From: the human T2T-CHM13v2.0 reference genome, Homo sapiens | Assembly: GCF_009914755.1 (NCBI RefSeq) | Contig: NC_060930.1 | DNA: 64,000 nt | Direction: 5' to 3' (one strand) | Shown: positions 1 through 15,725 of the stretch, in pieces | Layout of the letters: every line of letters starts with the position of its first letter | Position numbering within the stretch: the stretch's first letter is position 1 | The notes under the pieces: generated by a model | Told to the model about the DNA's origin: nothing | The model's database searches: none | Seen by the model: only the letters and a program-made list of their open reading frames with translations | Position numbers and translations under genes: made by a program

Positions 1-37
1 GTGCTGGGATTACAGGCGTGAGCCACTGCACCCAGCC
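1..37 (-). mobile_element. Alu 5' end, truncated by the window edge
   Basis: GTGCTGGGATTACAGGCGTGAGCCACTGCACCCAGCC is the reverse complement of the Alu left-arm start. Confidence 0.95.
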
Positions 38-599
38 ATCATTTCATCCTTTCAAAACATCATTCTATATTCTAAAAACTGCATTTTAAACTATCATAAT
101 CCTGTCTCTAAAATTTTGGGTAACCTCCAGAGACTTGTTGTGTAATATTAATTTTTAAATTTCTGCATAAAAAGCACCACTTCCATTATTAGACCCGATC
201 CTGTGCTTCTCAGTGATTTCCCATACACAGTAATTAGTCAAAACTGTTAAACATATACTGTGTTTAGGAACTTTACTTATTGAACAAGAATGAAAGCATG
301 GGGCCAGCAAAAGACAATCTTATGAGTAATGCTGGAAATTCAGCAACAATTAAATGTTTACATGATACCACTCACATTTTTTCAAGGATTCTTGTAAATA
401 AAGTAAACACAAAGACCTGAGCTAAGCAGCAATGAGTTGATCAGTTTGCTTGTGGTAAACTAGATAGGAGGATACTTCTACCTCCCAACTTGATGTAGAC
501 GACTTCTATTTAAAGGCAAAGTCACTTCAGAGAGACACGAATCCCTTGCAAGAGGAGAGAGGTCATGCCACCCGTGAGAAAATGAAAAGGTGTAAGAAC

Positions 600-650
600 A
601 AAGGAAAGAGAGAGAAGGGGAAAGAAGAAAAGAGAGAAGAAGAAGAGAAG
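600..650. repeat. 51-nt uninterrupted polypurine (GA-rich) tract
   Basis: Only A and G from 600 to 650. Confidence 0.9.
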
Positions 651-1402
651 CAAGTGTCCTTTCTTTTTAGGTCCCTGCTGGTTTTGGGGACATTAGGTGT
701 CAGATTCCCTCTGTTTCTCCAATGAGAGGGGTCATGCTCTCCCTGGAGAAAAATCCAGTGATTGGTTTTCATGAAGAAATGGAAGGCTTTCCTCTTACAC
801 TCTTCCTTCAGGGAGAAGACTAGAAGTATCCATAAGTGGAAAAGTATTTGCTCCTACCAGAGGCAAGGGATAGATACTAAAGCAGATACAGGTCTAGGAG
901 AAACTCTTCTTCCAATAGCAAGTCTATAAAATATCACATCCGCCACAACTCCTGGGATTCTCACAGGAATTTTCCCATGTAATGCATAGTTAGATATTTC
1001 TTAGTTGCTCCTATCTTGGTCTTGCCCTTTCACTTATTTTGCCAACTCCATGAAATAACATCTGATGTCTCTTTTTTCCCAAATACCTGAGTTTTCACTG
1101 TACTATAATTATCACAGGTGCTTAGGACATGTTTTTGACAGATTGAATACAAATATTTCCCCTGATGGACACCAAATGAGACAGTATTTGTGAGATGGCT
1201 GTGGGAACAGTAATCCTTTATTGTGCTCCATAACATAGGTGGAATGTTGTATAGCTGTTGAAGATTCTTGAGTTTGAATTCATTTTATTAGGGACAGAAA
1301 ATGAGTCTAGTGAGCAAGTATTTGCTGAAATAACTTTGCATGTTATCCTAATAAGGTTTGCAAATGAAGTAGAAAAAAAGAAATGGAAAGTGAACCCCTT
1401 CC

Positions 1403-3190
<1,788 letters not shown>

Positions 3191-3555
3191 TAAATCTCAA
3201 ACACGATAATTGTTCCTCCCTCTCACATATTGCCAGGTAACCTCCTTCATTTTATTTATAAATTACAGCACATCTAAACTTCATCAGTCAGTATTTAGGA
3301 AAGTACCTATATGATTGGAATCAATTTATTTTCATCACTAAACAGTACTTATAATGCTTCCATATGATTTAAACCAATTTAGTTTCCCATGAGAGGAGTC
3401 AGGTGGGAGATAGAAAAGACAGTATGGGTTACAGACACACAGCTGTTAAGCACAGGGAGGAAAGAAATACCTGGAGGATACTTAACCTCCAAAAAATAGA
3501 GGGCTGGGTTCTTAGACTAGAATGAACTCTCAGATTGCTCTGATGGTATTGGTGG

Positions 3556-3586
3556 TGATGATGATGATGATGACGATGATGATGAT
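3556..3586. repeat. (GAT)n microsatellite
   Basis: TGATGATGATGATGATGACGATGATGATGAT. Confidence 0.9.
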
Positions 3587-5093
3587 TTTATTGTATCCTA
3601 GGAGTCTTCACATATAATCTTCCAAATGTGATATTTTTCTCCTCTCCAGTTTTTTCTCTCCTTCCTTCTCTCCTTTCTTTCTTCCAAACTAAATTTGTTT
3701 CTAGCTTGAGGTAAATTCAGTGGAGATGCCTTAAAAATAGTATGAGCAAGTCAGTAACAAGAGTTATGTTATATTTCTAGCCTCACTCATATTTCCCACT
3801 TAGTATAGTAAAAACACTGGGGAACTGAAGAGTTATCACCATCATCAACAACAACAGCAACCACATAATAACCTGTCTGATTCTGGGTGAATCAACATCT
3901 TCATGTCCCTCTCACAATACTAGACTTTATGGATGTACTCCATTTTAAATACTATAAAATTACATTATTTTAATTCTTAAATGTTTCATACACATCAATA
4001 TTTCTTTTTAAAAAATCAAGTTAAACAGGTATTTATTCAACATTCACATGCTCTGGGTTTTGAGGAATTACAGAGAGGGAGATTCAGATACATTCTATTT
4101 TGAGGAGCTTACAGTCTCACTGGGTGAAGGCATATATTCAAGAAATACTTAAATAAGAATTCAAGATACTTTGAAGGCACTTTAAAATAGGAAATTTGGT
4201 ATCTGTTGTCCCTACCCACTATGTTCAAGGTACTGCATAAAATTCAGGGGTAAAACTATAAAAGCTCAGGGAAATGCATAAATGGGAAAGTTTGCGTGAA
4301 GGAAATGATTCTAGAACCCAGAAAGATGAAGAGGATTTAAATTGATAATGAAATGGGAGACATTTAGTGAAAAGTTCAACTAGAAGATTAATTAGCAATA
4401 GTTTTCACTTCCATTTCAAACAAAGCAACCAATTTTAAAAATTTCAAGTAATTTTTCTTACTGTGGCCTCCTTTTAATTACATATAAATGAATTCACGTT
4501 CTAATCTTTCTTTTTCTATGGAGGGGTCATTGTAAAATACATCTTACCTTGAGCCAATTTTGTATGTCCATAAATAACCCATGTACACTTTTGAATATTA
4601 AAAATTTTGATGTTTTTCTTTGTTACAAAGTGTAAACATACATTCGTATAATAGTTTCCATTTAAAGTTATAAAATAAATTGTCTTGGAGCTCTCTAAAA
4701 AGAGCGCTTTTGGCATTATGATGACCCGAGAGTGAAGGTCTGGTTAGCACAGATAATTTAAGCAAAACTTCTCAATATCAAATTTTCGTGTGTGCATTTA
4801 ATTGAGGGAAAAAGGTACAAGTTGTCTTGGTTTTGTAACTTAATTTCCTTTCCTTCAAATCTATCCTGTCAATGGAGAGAGATAGTTTAGAAGGAAAGAA
4901 GTGGCCAAAATGCAACTCTGAAGTATTCTTAATTTGAGCACAAAGATGAGTACAATATGTACAAACTTTTTTTCAGCTTGACTAGTTTCTTGAATATTAA
5001 AAGAGAAAGAAAAGAAAAAACTACTTGTGATAGTATCTTCGTTCAGGTACAGAGGTGTCTATAGGGGGAGATGATCATTAATTAATTAATTAA

Positions 5094-5408
<315 letters not shown>

Positions 5409-5419
5409 CATTAATTCAT

Positions 5420-6060
5420 TATTTCATTCAATATATATTTATTGAATGTATACTATGTGTCAGGCACAGTTCTAGGCATTAAGAATACAGCAATAATCAA
5501 GGCAGAGCAAGTCCCTTCCCTCATGGGACTTACATTCTAGTGAAAAAGACAAACAATAAATAACATAAATAAGCACATTATTTAATATGTTGTATATTGA
5601 TGAATTTTGAAACTGAAGCAGAACAGAGGGGTTAGAAGCATCTGGGGTGTGAGTGGTGGATTTTTGATAGGGCAGCCAAGAAAGGTCTCACCATGAAGAT
5701 CACTTTTAGAAGATGGCCTGAAAGAAGGGAGGAAGCTGGCTGTAATGTCTTCAGGAGAAGCATATTCCTGATAGAGAAAACCTCAAGGGCAAAGGCACTG
5801 AAGCAGGAGACTGCCTGAAATGTTCAAGGAGTGGCCCAAAGCCCGGGTGGCTGGAGTGGACTGAAAGAAGGGAGGATTGATAGGAGATGAGCTCAGAGAG
5901 ATAATGGTGAGGGGCAGATGGAGCCTTGCAAATCACAGCAAAGACCTTGGATTTTGCATAGAATAAGATGGGAGGCCATTAGATAAGATCACCTTGGTTG
6001 CCATCATGAGAATAGAAGACAGGGATAAAAGTGATGAAGGGTCAGTGCCAGTTAGGATAA
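5420..6060 (-). mobile_element. L2 3' fragment
   Basis: TTCATTCAATATATATTTATTGAATGTATACTATGTGTCAGGCAC is the reverse L2 3' terminus, followed by typical L2 body. Confidence 0.8.
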
Positions 6061-6111
6061 CCCAGGCATTACAGATGTGTTATCTAAAGCTGTGTTTCTA
6101 GGCATTTAGAG

Positions 6112-6333
6112 CAGAGGTTGGCAAACTAGAGCCTGTGGGCCTAAACCAGTCTGCGGCCTGTTTTGGAAATAAATTTTGTTGGAACACAGTCACACTCATT
6201 CATTTACATATTGCCTATGGCTGCTTTCCCCCTACAATAGCAGAGTTGAGTAGTTGTGACACAGACCATACACGTAGCAAAGTGGAAAATATTTAGTATC
6301 TGGCTCTTCACAGAAAAAGTTTGCCCACCTCTG
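6112..6333 (+). mobile_element. MER58A-like hAT-Charlie MITE
   Basis: 16-bp TIRs CAGAGGTTGGCAAACT / AGTTTGCCCACCTCTG (15/16). Degenerate 8-bp TSD ATTTAGAG/ACTTAGAA. Internal TTGGAACACAGTCACACTCATTCATTTAC. Confidence 0.9.
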
Positions 6334-6519
6334 ACTTAGAATCTCCTGGAAAGAGGATTATAGCAGTAAAGCTATCTCTTATGTGCAAAATAGAACAGGA
6401 GCAAACCATTACAATTGTGTACAAACTTTGCAGAAGGTAGAGAGGATTATTTCTGGGTTGTAGTGAATGGTACAGTATGAAAATATGATTAGTCTTTTAA
6501 TAACAGATAATGAATATCA

Positions 6520-6836
6520 TTCATACATTCACTCAAGAAATATTCTTTGAAAACATTTAGCAATCAAAGTTTAATGTGCTAGAGAGATATCAAATACATA
6601 AACCTTTAGTAAGTATAAATTACAAAAGCTCTAAATGCTATGAAGAAAAGGCTTAGAGTTCAATGGTGAGAAAACAAGGAAAACAATTTACATTAGATGA
6701 GGCCAATGGAAATGCCATTTGAGTTAAGACATGAAGTGGTGAAAACATGGGGAAGAAGAATTTCATGCACAAGAAATGATGTGCAAAGGTGGTAAAATAG
6801 AGAATTAGAAGAAGAACTAGGAAGAAAATACAGCCA

Positions 6837-6875
<39 letters not shown>

Positions 6876-7190
6876 AATGAATGGATAGACTTTTGACAGC
6901 AACGTGGAAACAGTCATAGAACGTGGCTGGAGATGATGAGTTGTTTGAAAAATACTGGGCTTTGTAGATCATATGAAATTGTTTTAATTTTATTGTAAGT
7001 CAAAGTCATTGAAGGATATAGGCAAAAACGTGGTAGATTTTACCTTTTATATACCACTCTGGCTGCAGTAAAGAATATGAATTGAAACGGGCCACTAATT
7101 GAAGTCCAGGGACTGACCAGTCAGGAGCTGGTTTGCAGTGGCTTAGTAGAGAGATGATGATGGTGGCTTAGACTAAGTTGGGTCTATGGT
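6520..7190 (-). mobile_element. L2 fragment(s)
   Basis: Degenerate L2 3' terminus and body motifs (ACCACTCTGGCTGCAG, GAGAGATGATGATGGTGGCTTAGACTA). Confidence 0.6.
6838..6873. repeat. (CA)18 microsatellite
   Basis: Perfect CA run. Confidence 0.97.
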
Positions 7191-9184
7191 TTAATTCAGC
7201 AAACATTTATTATATTGTTACTATGAACTAAATATTATTCTGGGTTCTATATTGAGAGTAGCAAAGAGAAATGAAAGCTGTCTGTGCTTTCAATAAACTA
7301 TAGCTCTGAAGAGTAAGAAAAATGTGCAAGTAATTGTTACATGTAGCCTACTATGATAAATTATAAATTCCATATGACTACTTGGAACAAGAGCACTAGT
7401 GGAGCCCAAAGGAAGGAAAATTTATATTAGCTTGATTGGTGAGGAAATGTAGTTATTACTGTATCCCCAATGTGCATAATACATCAACACATCACACAGA
7501 GTAGAGGCTTGGGAAATACTGGGAGAATGCCCTCGATCATGTCACTGAACTCTTGTCTAATTATTTCCAAACACAGTAATTTCTGTAACTGCATCTCTCA
7601 ACCTCAGCTCCTTTCTACCCTTTTTCTTGTTGCTACCAGTCGGCCTATGGCTTGCCATCAGCACCTCCTGAGGCCATGATCAGACAGCTTGCCAGTACAA
7701 CTGTTTCCCCTACTGAGCTAGCAGCTTGCTGGACTCTATTGCTTGTTGCTTGTTGTCTGTGGGGCCCCTGGGGGCCCATCAATTTTCCTTCTATCTGTCA
7801 ATCTGTGCCTGGCTTCACAGTGTAAAAAGAAGCCAAGAATAAGAAATGAAGATTCCAAATAAAGTTGAAATACTTCACAGAAGTCCAGGATCTCACAAAT
7901 GTACCCTGTCTTGTGGCCAAGACTTACTCAATTCAGGTTGGATCTCTATGAGAGCTGTGGAGTCCCAGCCATTCCAAGAGTGCCTACACACACGAAGAGT
8001 TTAATGAATATTAGTTAAACCAAAAAATAAAAAGCAAGCTGTGGTGAAGTTTCAGTTAGGCCAGTTCACAGCTGTCATTGCACACAGTGAAGACTATCAA
8101 GAATGTTTTCCTGCTGCTAGAGAGAGAGTCCACCAAGCCTCAGTCTTTTCCTTGCCCTCCAAGCTGGAATCACTTCCACTTGTCGGATCAGTCTCACTCA
8201 GCATGAGACATATTGCAAACTTTACTCGCATTCAAGAGATGGAGCCTGGTGTTAGGCCACGAGCCATATACTCTGGTTCTTTTGAGGGGTGGGGCAGGAT
8301 AGAGTACTGATTAAAGCCAAGTGTTTGGAACCTAGATCTTCTCATTTTCTCTTTTTGCACCTCCATTTTCAGACTACATGATGTGGGCAGATTTCTTGCT
8401 TGCCCAAAACCCAATTTCTTCATTTATAGAAAGTGAATAGCAAAATCTTCTACCCAGGATAAAATCTTTAGTGTATATCTTGACATAATATCAGTGTTAG
8501 ATAAGTGGTAATTATGGTGAAATCTCTGCGGTGACATTTCTGTATTTTGCACAGTTTGGATATAAGGGGATTGGCAGTTTCCCACAGAAGGCTCACTCTC
8601 ACCATTTCACTAACTTTACAGTAGTGAGACCTTCACTTTTGGGGAGCCCACTTATAGAGTTATTTTGAATTTACTGTATTAGTATTTATTGATCTATAAT
8701 TATTACTCATGCAGAAACTTAATCATAAGTCAGTTTAGGAAAGAGACAGGAAATGTCAACTCTGACATGCTTCCTCCCATCTTTGTTTTCCAAAGTAGGA
8801 CCATTTTAAACGGTATACATCAGCATAATGCCTGCATTTTGTTCTTTCCACATAGAACACCATCTGAAACGAACAGGTTTTCAAATCTTGGATGGAGCTA
8901 CAAGTCTCTAGTGTCCAAGTGGAATTGGTGGGAAGGGGTTTTGGAAATGACTGTACTCGGAACAGAGAAAACTTTTCTCAGTAGAAGACTGTTTGCCTCC
9001 TCATGAGACCAGTAAAATTTCCTGAGATTCTGCAGCCAAATGGTCTTGGTATTATTTTACATTAGTCCAGGGTCCCAGAAGCACAACCACTGTGTAGAAT
9101 GGGCTTTGTTAATGATTATAATAAATAAGGTGAGACTTCTGATTTTGTGCAAGATTGAAAAGACTCATTTCATTCTCTGTCTCC

Positions 9185-9960
9185 CACTAAATATAATTAT
9201 AAAACCCTGGCCATAATACAAGAGACAAGAAGAAGAAAACTGTGAAAGGAGGAATGAAGAGAATAGATAGACTGACTAAGGAGCTAGGGGTTTTAATAGC
9301 ATGGGATGAATGCCCTCTGTTTTCTTTTTGCCTTCCATACACCCTAGGCTTGGGGCTGGAGAAGCCCATGACTTGGAAATGCCAAAAGGCACAGCCAAAA
9401 AGTCCTGTTAAAAGTCTGCTCTCTATCACCAAAGGACCAGAAAATAGCTGGTCCAGCAGGATACCAATATTTTTGACAATAGTCGCCCCATTCCAGCAAA
9501 ACATCATGAAAAAAACCATGCCTACCTCTGTTCCCCTGTGCTGCTGGCAAAGGTTGAGCAGGGAGCCTGGACTTCCAATTCCACCTGTGGCAAGGTAGCA
9601 CACAGCTTTCAGAATCCCCTGTAGCCAGGATGGTGTCAGCAGACTGTAGGGGAAACCTGGACTCCCCTACTTCCACCTCAAGCTATGTTTCTCCCTCTAT
9701 CAATTAGTTAGAAGGGGAGGATTTTGGAGAGGAGGAAGCTGGAGAAAGGTTTTCTTTAAACCTTTATATGGGCAAACGCTTAGCAACCCTTACATGAAAT
9801 TGATTAGAATTAACACTGTAAAAGATTTGAGAAGAGTTACAGTATAGAATACTGCCCAAGCTATGGATTGGCCCCTGAGTAGCCCACACACAAAGCAGAC
9901 CCAAAAAGCACTGCAAAGGCTGTGAAAACTGAGTTGTCATTGGAACCATAGCCCCAAAAG
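9185..9960 (+). mobile_element. Old L1M 5' UTR fragment (L1M4/L1MC-type)
   Basis: Repeated GGGAGCCTGGACTTCC / GGAAACCTGGACTCCC and GGTGTCAG motifs recalled from old L1M 5' ends. GC-richer than flanks, which explains the three overlapping spurious ORFs here. Confidence 0.6.
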
Positions 9961-11306
9961 GCAGACCAGAACCTCCATGATGAGTCTAAAGAGGGACTCA
10001 GCTAAAAGAAAACTAGGATCTATAACATGGTCTTATAACGTGGTGCTCCAAATGTCCAGTTACTATTATTATTGGGGTGAGCACTGAACTTTCTAATGGC
10101 CATCAATCAATTCTCAGTCTGCCCCTCACCCTCCAGCTCTTGCCCATGAATTGGGATTTTGTCTCCTTTTTCCTGCCTAGAATTCAAAGTCGTGATTCCA
10201 CCTCAAGCATCACATGCATTGACTAATGCCTCCAGGACAGAGAGCTGATTCTGCTCCACATGGCTTCTGCAATGAATGGACTCTAGTGAATGGATCAGCT
10301 GATATAAATATGATATTACCCCATTGTGGGGGTCCTTTTGAACATAATGCCCAAAGGAGTCTGTGAGCTAAGTCAGTTTCCCTCATGCCACTCTTTGTCA
10401 ATCTATTCTGGGCTGGAAGTCACCACCTCTCAGTAACGCATCTTATCGAGACCTCGTCATGGTTTCTACCAATGTTTTCTTAAGGAATGTCATGGTTTTT
10501 AGCAGAAATGATAAATGTAACTCACCAAATCTTTTGGTTGTATCTAATTATGCCATGACTATAAATTCAGCTGCCTAGGACCCATATCTTTCCTACTAAC
10601 TATTATGAAATATTCATTTTAATAAAATTCTTCCTTGAGAGTAAATGTAAAACTGTAGGTGACTAATGATCCGTTTGAAAAGATTACAATATGGAATAAT
10701 GAAATAATAATAATGATGCAAATAGAAAAGACACAACGCTTTGCTCATTTAAAAAGTCTCTCTCTCAGGAATACTGCATAAATGAAATATCTAACTACTT
10801 AGCAGGTTGCCAGGTATACATTGGGCAATAATATATATTTACTAAAATTAAAACCACAAATTATGTTTTGAATGATTTGTTCACACTAATATACAGGCTT
10901 AATGCTACTTTAGTCAGGAGGGTCAAAATAAATCTAGAAGGGAACTGTAATCCTGAGATAAAAATTATTATTGTAATTTGAGGTAGTTTAAATACCAGAG
11001 AGAATACACATCAAACACCTAGAGACTATAGATTCTGCAAAGTCATGCCAGTTCTCCAATCTCTGAGAAATGTTAAGTTAAATCTTTTCTTCATATGATA
11101 TGATGTAGATTAGTATGTAAGTACAAAATGCTAACCTAAAATGGGGAAATTGAAAGGTTTTGCTCACATGATATTATCATAAACCAGTAAGCATGCAATG
11201 CATATTTTCTTAATATATTTAAATTAGAGACAAAAGTTATATGCTCAAAACCTTATTAATATTCAATAAAAATTTAAATATTTTAATATTTTACAGTGTT
11301 AAGATG

Positions 11307-11529
11307 CACACTGTAACCTTGACCTCCTGGGCTCAAGCGGTCCTTCTATCTTGGCCTCTTGAGTAACTAGAACTACCACACGCTGGATAATTGTTTTTAT
11401 TTTTATTTTTTGTAGAGACAGGGTATCACTATATTGCCTAGGCTGGCCTCAAACTTCTGGCTTCAAGTGATCCTTCTGCCTTGGCCTCCAAAGTGTTGGG
11501 ATTGCAGGTATGAGCCACCATGCCTGGAC
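11307..11529 (-). mobile_element. AluJ, right arm partly missing
   Basis: Reverse Alu from CACTGTAACCTTGACCTCCTGGGCTCAAG to GAGCCACCATGCCTGG. Confidence 0.9.
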
Positions 11530-12654
11530 TTTTTTTTTCTATCTTTTGACTTCTTTTAGATTTTCTTGGCCAAGTCCATTCTTCCTTTTTTCCTTTCTTC
11601 CTCACTCCCTTCTGTCCTTCTCTTCTAATTAATGACATTATAATATTATACATCATAGCCCCAGCTATGGTTTGGCATGAGAAATGTCAGGTTCAGTCTA
11701 AAGTTTATCTCTCCAATGTTTTTGGGAAAACTTCGTAATAACTTGCTATTAAATTTATATAAACGTGTTTGTTTTTAGCTGCTTTTAGGAGGTCATTAAT
11801 AACTGATTAATATTTACAAAATCTGACCAAAAGCAGTGAGTTTAGTAGGAGATACTTAAGATCTTGGCACTATTGCCGTTGCTCTTCACTGGATGTGTAA
11901 AACACTTCTGTCTCCTCTAGGACTTTCTCCATTGTAGACATTGATACAATGTCATCTTCCTTAGTTAATATTTTGGTGTTTTGTTTTTATCATTTATTCA
12001 CTTTATGATATGATGGATCAGCAGAAGAGACACTGTTTACCTCTTGCCTCACCTAGTCAAGACGTCCATTGCCATATGGAGCTACTCAAAACACCTCCAC
12101 AAGATGGAGAATCCATTAGTTCAAACCTGTGTCTGTTAGCCCCCTATAACTTGAACAACCACAGCACAGAGGGAGGGCATATTACTTTGCATATTTCTGT
12201 TCATAAAATTAGAGCCTTATTTCTCATTGTGTGTTTATTTTTTTCCTGTCTTCCCCTAATAATGGAATCACCTTAATAAAACCCTTTAGAAACAATTTTC
12301 CAGTCTAAGCTACACATTTCCATACAAATAATAAAGAGAATGTGTTAGAAAAATACATTCTTTTAGCTTTGGTTCTTTAAATCAAGATAGCCCTTGTAAG
12401 CTACTGACTCCTTGTGAGTCTACATATTTTTTAAATCTCTGGTATGGCATCATTATAGCCCTCCCTCCTGAATCTTAGTATCCACTCCCTAAATATCCAT
12501 TGTTCCAAGAGACGTGTAGTCTCTTCTCTTGGTAAGAGATAGCCATATGATTTGAAGATGTTAAGGGGTTTTGAAAAGCAATAACACCCTCGCTGAGACT
12601 TTGGATAGAAGAATATGTTATAAACATTTTTAGTTAAAATCTACCCCTTCTCCT

Positions 12655-13905
12655 CACGTATAAATATTTATTCACAGTGCAGTATGTTGGTCACTGTTTT
12701 AGGCACCAGACATACAGGAGAGAACAAAATTGGCAAAGCACATCTTCTTAGTGAAGCTCATGACCTAATAGAGGAGACAAATATTCAACATCATCAACAA
12801 CAACAGCAAGTAGCTGTATGTAAAAATAAAGCCAAAGAATGATTAGTGCTTGTGGTGGTCACTTGCTTACTGTTCTTGGATCCATTCCCAGTTTTTCCCC
12901 TGGAAAATATATTCCCAAAGGTTCCTTGCACTCTGGTCTTCAGCTAGCTTTGGTCAAAGGGAAGCACTAACAGGAGACTGGAGAGCAAGGGGATAAAAAA
13001 TATCCAGAGTATTTCTTTTCCCTTCTTTTTCAGGCAGTGCATCCTACAAATGGCTGCATCTCCTCTAGATAAGCCACCTGTCTTCTGTATGTAAGCCACT
13101 ATGTAAACCTACCACTCCCCACCCAAGGGCAGCTCTTGGGCTCTGGTGACACTCTCTCACTTTCTCCCTCAAGCACTAAAGTTTTAGCAATTTCCTGTTT
13201 GTTTCTAATCTCTATGCTGCTTCTTCCAACTCCTTTATTACTATTTCTTTACATCACAAGTCTTCTTTTGAGTCACCTACTGTGGATTCTTTTTCCATAT
13301 AGGACCTTGTGTAACACAGTACAATGAAGTTGGAGGAAAGGAGTAAAGGATGATGTCCAGGTTTTGAGCCTTGGCAACCCCATGGTCAGTGATGACATTG
13401 ACTGAATTGGTAAAGACTTAATGAGGAATAGTCATGGAAAGGGCTCTGAGGATGGCAGGAACCAATAATTTTATTTTGCACATGTTAAATTTGAGATGAC
13501 CGGTAGAGTAGACATCTACATTCTGATGTCAAGTAGGCATTTAAACATGTGTGTCCAGAGTCCAAGGGAGAAGACTGAGCTAGAGATGAATTCTGGGAAT
13601 CATTCATGTATAGATAGCCAGGAGACTGGATGAGATCTAGGGAATAAATGCTGAGAAATGTCAAAGAGACCCTTGGACTAAACCTTGGAGCAATTCAATA
13701 TTTAGAAGGTGGATAGTGGAGGAGGATTCAATGAAATAGACTGAGAAGCAGCATCCAGGGAGGTAGAAAAATAATTGGAAGAATGTGGCAACAAGGAGTC
13801 AAGTGACACAAGTGTTTCAAGTGGAGGGCATGATCAATTGTGTCAAATGTTGCTCTGGGGCTGATAAAGAAGAGAATAGAGAATTGACCATTTGATTAGG
13901 GTTAT
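12655..13905 (-). mobile_element. L2, interrupted by an ERVL LTR at 12851-13318
   Basis: L2 3' terminus at about 12660 and continuous L2 body 13320-13905 (CATGTTAAATTTGAGATG, GATCAATTGTGTCAAATGTTGCT). Confidence 0.75.
12851..13318 (+). mobile_element. ERVL solo LTR (LTR33-like)
   Basis: TG...CA ends. CCTTGCACTCTGG...TTTGGTCAAAGGGAAGCACTAACAGGAGACTGGAG core and GGGCTCTGGTGACAC. Confidence 0.65.
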
Positions 13906-14147
13906 TACCCACTCCCCTCCAGCATCTGTGATGATGGTAGCAGGGTTTTGCTCAAGGGACAAAAGGCAGCAGATCTGGAAAACCAAAGGATAAAACATAT
14001 CCTTCATGCAACTAGACAATAGACACCTTCTTGATCTAGAAAAGGAAGAAATTCCCACCCCCATCCCATCCCCCACCAAACCCCATCCCAGTGGAGGGTA
14101 AGTTTCTGAAATTAGAAAAACCTACAATGCCTTGTCCTGTAATTCTG

Positions 14148-14285
14148 GGCCAGAAGTTCTCAGTTGGACAGGTTATGACATTTTGAGTAGGAGAATTCTG
14201 TAAAACTGGCCTTGCCAATGCATTACAAGACTTTTGGTATCCTTGACCATTGCGTCCCCCAACACTAAATGCCAAAATAGTTACA
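14148..14285 (+). mobile_element. hAT-Charlie MITE fragment (MER20-like)
   Basis: GACATTTTGAGTAGGAGAATTCT and CACTAAATGCCA motifs. Confidence 0.45.
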
Positions 14286-14864
14286 CTTACTTTTTAATGC
14301 TCTCCTCTCTACATGTCCATTTTTCATTGTTACCAACTGTATTTCCATTTCCTCAGTCTCACTATTACCTTCCTTCATACCTTCTTTGAATGTTTTCTTT
14401 TTCAGACATTTAATAATTCAAATGAATAAGAATTAGTGACATTATTATTGGGATCAATAATTGATGAACTGTAACAATAGTAGGGAGATAATTTGAGGTA
14501 AAATAAACCCTTCATCTTGTCAAATAATATAATTCATTGAACTATACATTAAAAAAATATTATCTGCAAGGCTTTGTTCCAAGAGCAGCACAGAGTGCAA
14601 AGTGGGAAATTTTGGTGACTTGAATTTCAGTGGAAATGCTGAGCAACTCCTGTTTCTCCCTCCTCTTCCTCCGAATAATCTTTAAAATGTTCTTTTTAGT
14701 CTAGCTTTTCTATCTTTCGCCTTGCTTCCCCATGTGATTGCTCAAGATGAGAGTGAGAATCTCTCTTAAAAGTCATCTTAGACAGTCATCTCTAGTTCTG
14801 AGTGACCAGCACTGCTACAAGCTAATTTATCCCCAATTTTACAGTTTGTATTTGTTAAAAACTT

Positions 14865-15035
14865 GAGTTTCTGTCATTCTGTTTGGATCCTGGGTCCAGT
14901 CCTGGCCCTACCCCATATTGGTTGTGTCACTTTGTGCCAGGCACTTAGCTTTCTATGCTTCAGTTTTCCTCATCTGTAAAATGGGAATTCAATAGTAGTA
15001 CTAATCTCATAGGGTTTTTATGAGGATTAAATAAT
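14865..15035 (+). mobile_element. MIR
   Basis: Core CTTCAGTTTTCCTCATCTGTAAAATGGGAAT...CTCATAGGGTTTTTATGAGGATTAAAT. Confidence 0.9.
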
Positions 15036-15584
15036 ATTCTGTTTATAATGACAGTGTCCCAGTGGGGAGCACTATAAAATGAGGTTTGCGAAATATCACT
15101 TTGCACACCAAGAAAAAGTCATATTTATTTCCTCTAATGAGGACAAGTATCTCACACTATTTAGCTTCTTTTGATTTGGGTGACTTGCAATCCCAATCCT
15201 CATTTCCAGAAACTGAAGCAATGTGTTTCTCTTTTATGTCATAATTTATTTTTTCACTCTGGTAAAAAATCAGAGAAAGAAAATGATTGAATTTTGAGTA
15301 AAGGTTTTGCACTTTCAGGGCAAACTAGTGCTTAATAAGATAAAGTCATTGATTCATAATGGGGAAAATATTATATATTCTGGGTTAGATTGGTGTAGAT
15401 AAAAGTAGAAGTTGAAACCCCTTTGAAAAGGACTACCACTGTAAGCAGTGACCCCAGTGCACAGAAACAAAGAGAGCCCAAATTATTTTCTAACCACTTC
15501 TCATTTCAAGGCTCCAGTTATTTCAAAGAAAAAGTCTATGAGCAGAGATGCCGAAACTGAAGAATGCTGGAGGAGGCTGATTCT

Positions 15585-15725
15585 GCAGAGGTTGTTAAAA
15601 TGTAGATTCTAATGCCCCTTCTCTAAACATTTTTCTGTGATTGAGTTGGAGTTCAGAAACTTGCTCTTTTAAAAAGCATCTAGGCAATTCTGATGCAGGT
15701 TATCTCTGAGGTAGATATTAGCACA
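15585..15725. mobile_element. MER5-type hAT-Charlie fragment
   Basis: TTGTTAAAATGTAGATTCT...TTTTAAAAAGCATCTAGGCAATTCTGATGCAGG. Confidence 0.55.

Noticed and set aside
8856-9129. Possible plus-strand exon (TTCTTTCCACATAG| ... AAG|GTGAGA)
   Set aside because: Splice-like signals only, no full-length open frame checked out, and no linked exons. Such pairs arise by chance
9187-9676. Three overlapping ORFs of 110-138 aa, the longest in the window
   Set aside because: They lie in a GC-richer old L1 5' UTR fragment with fewer stop codons, and no protein family is recognisable
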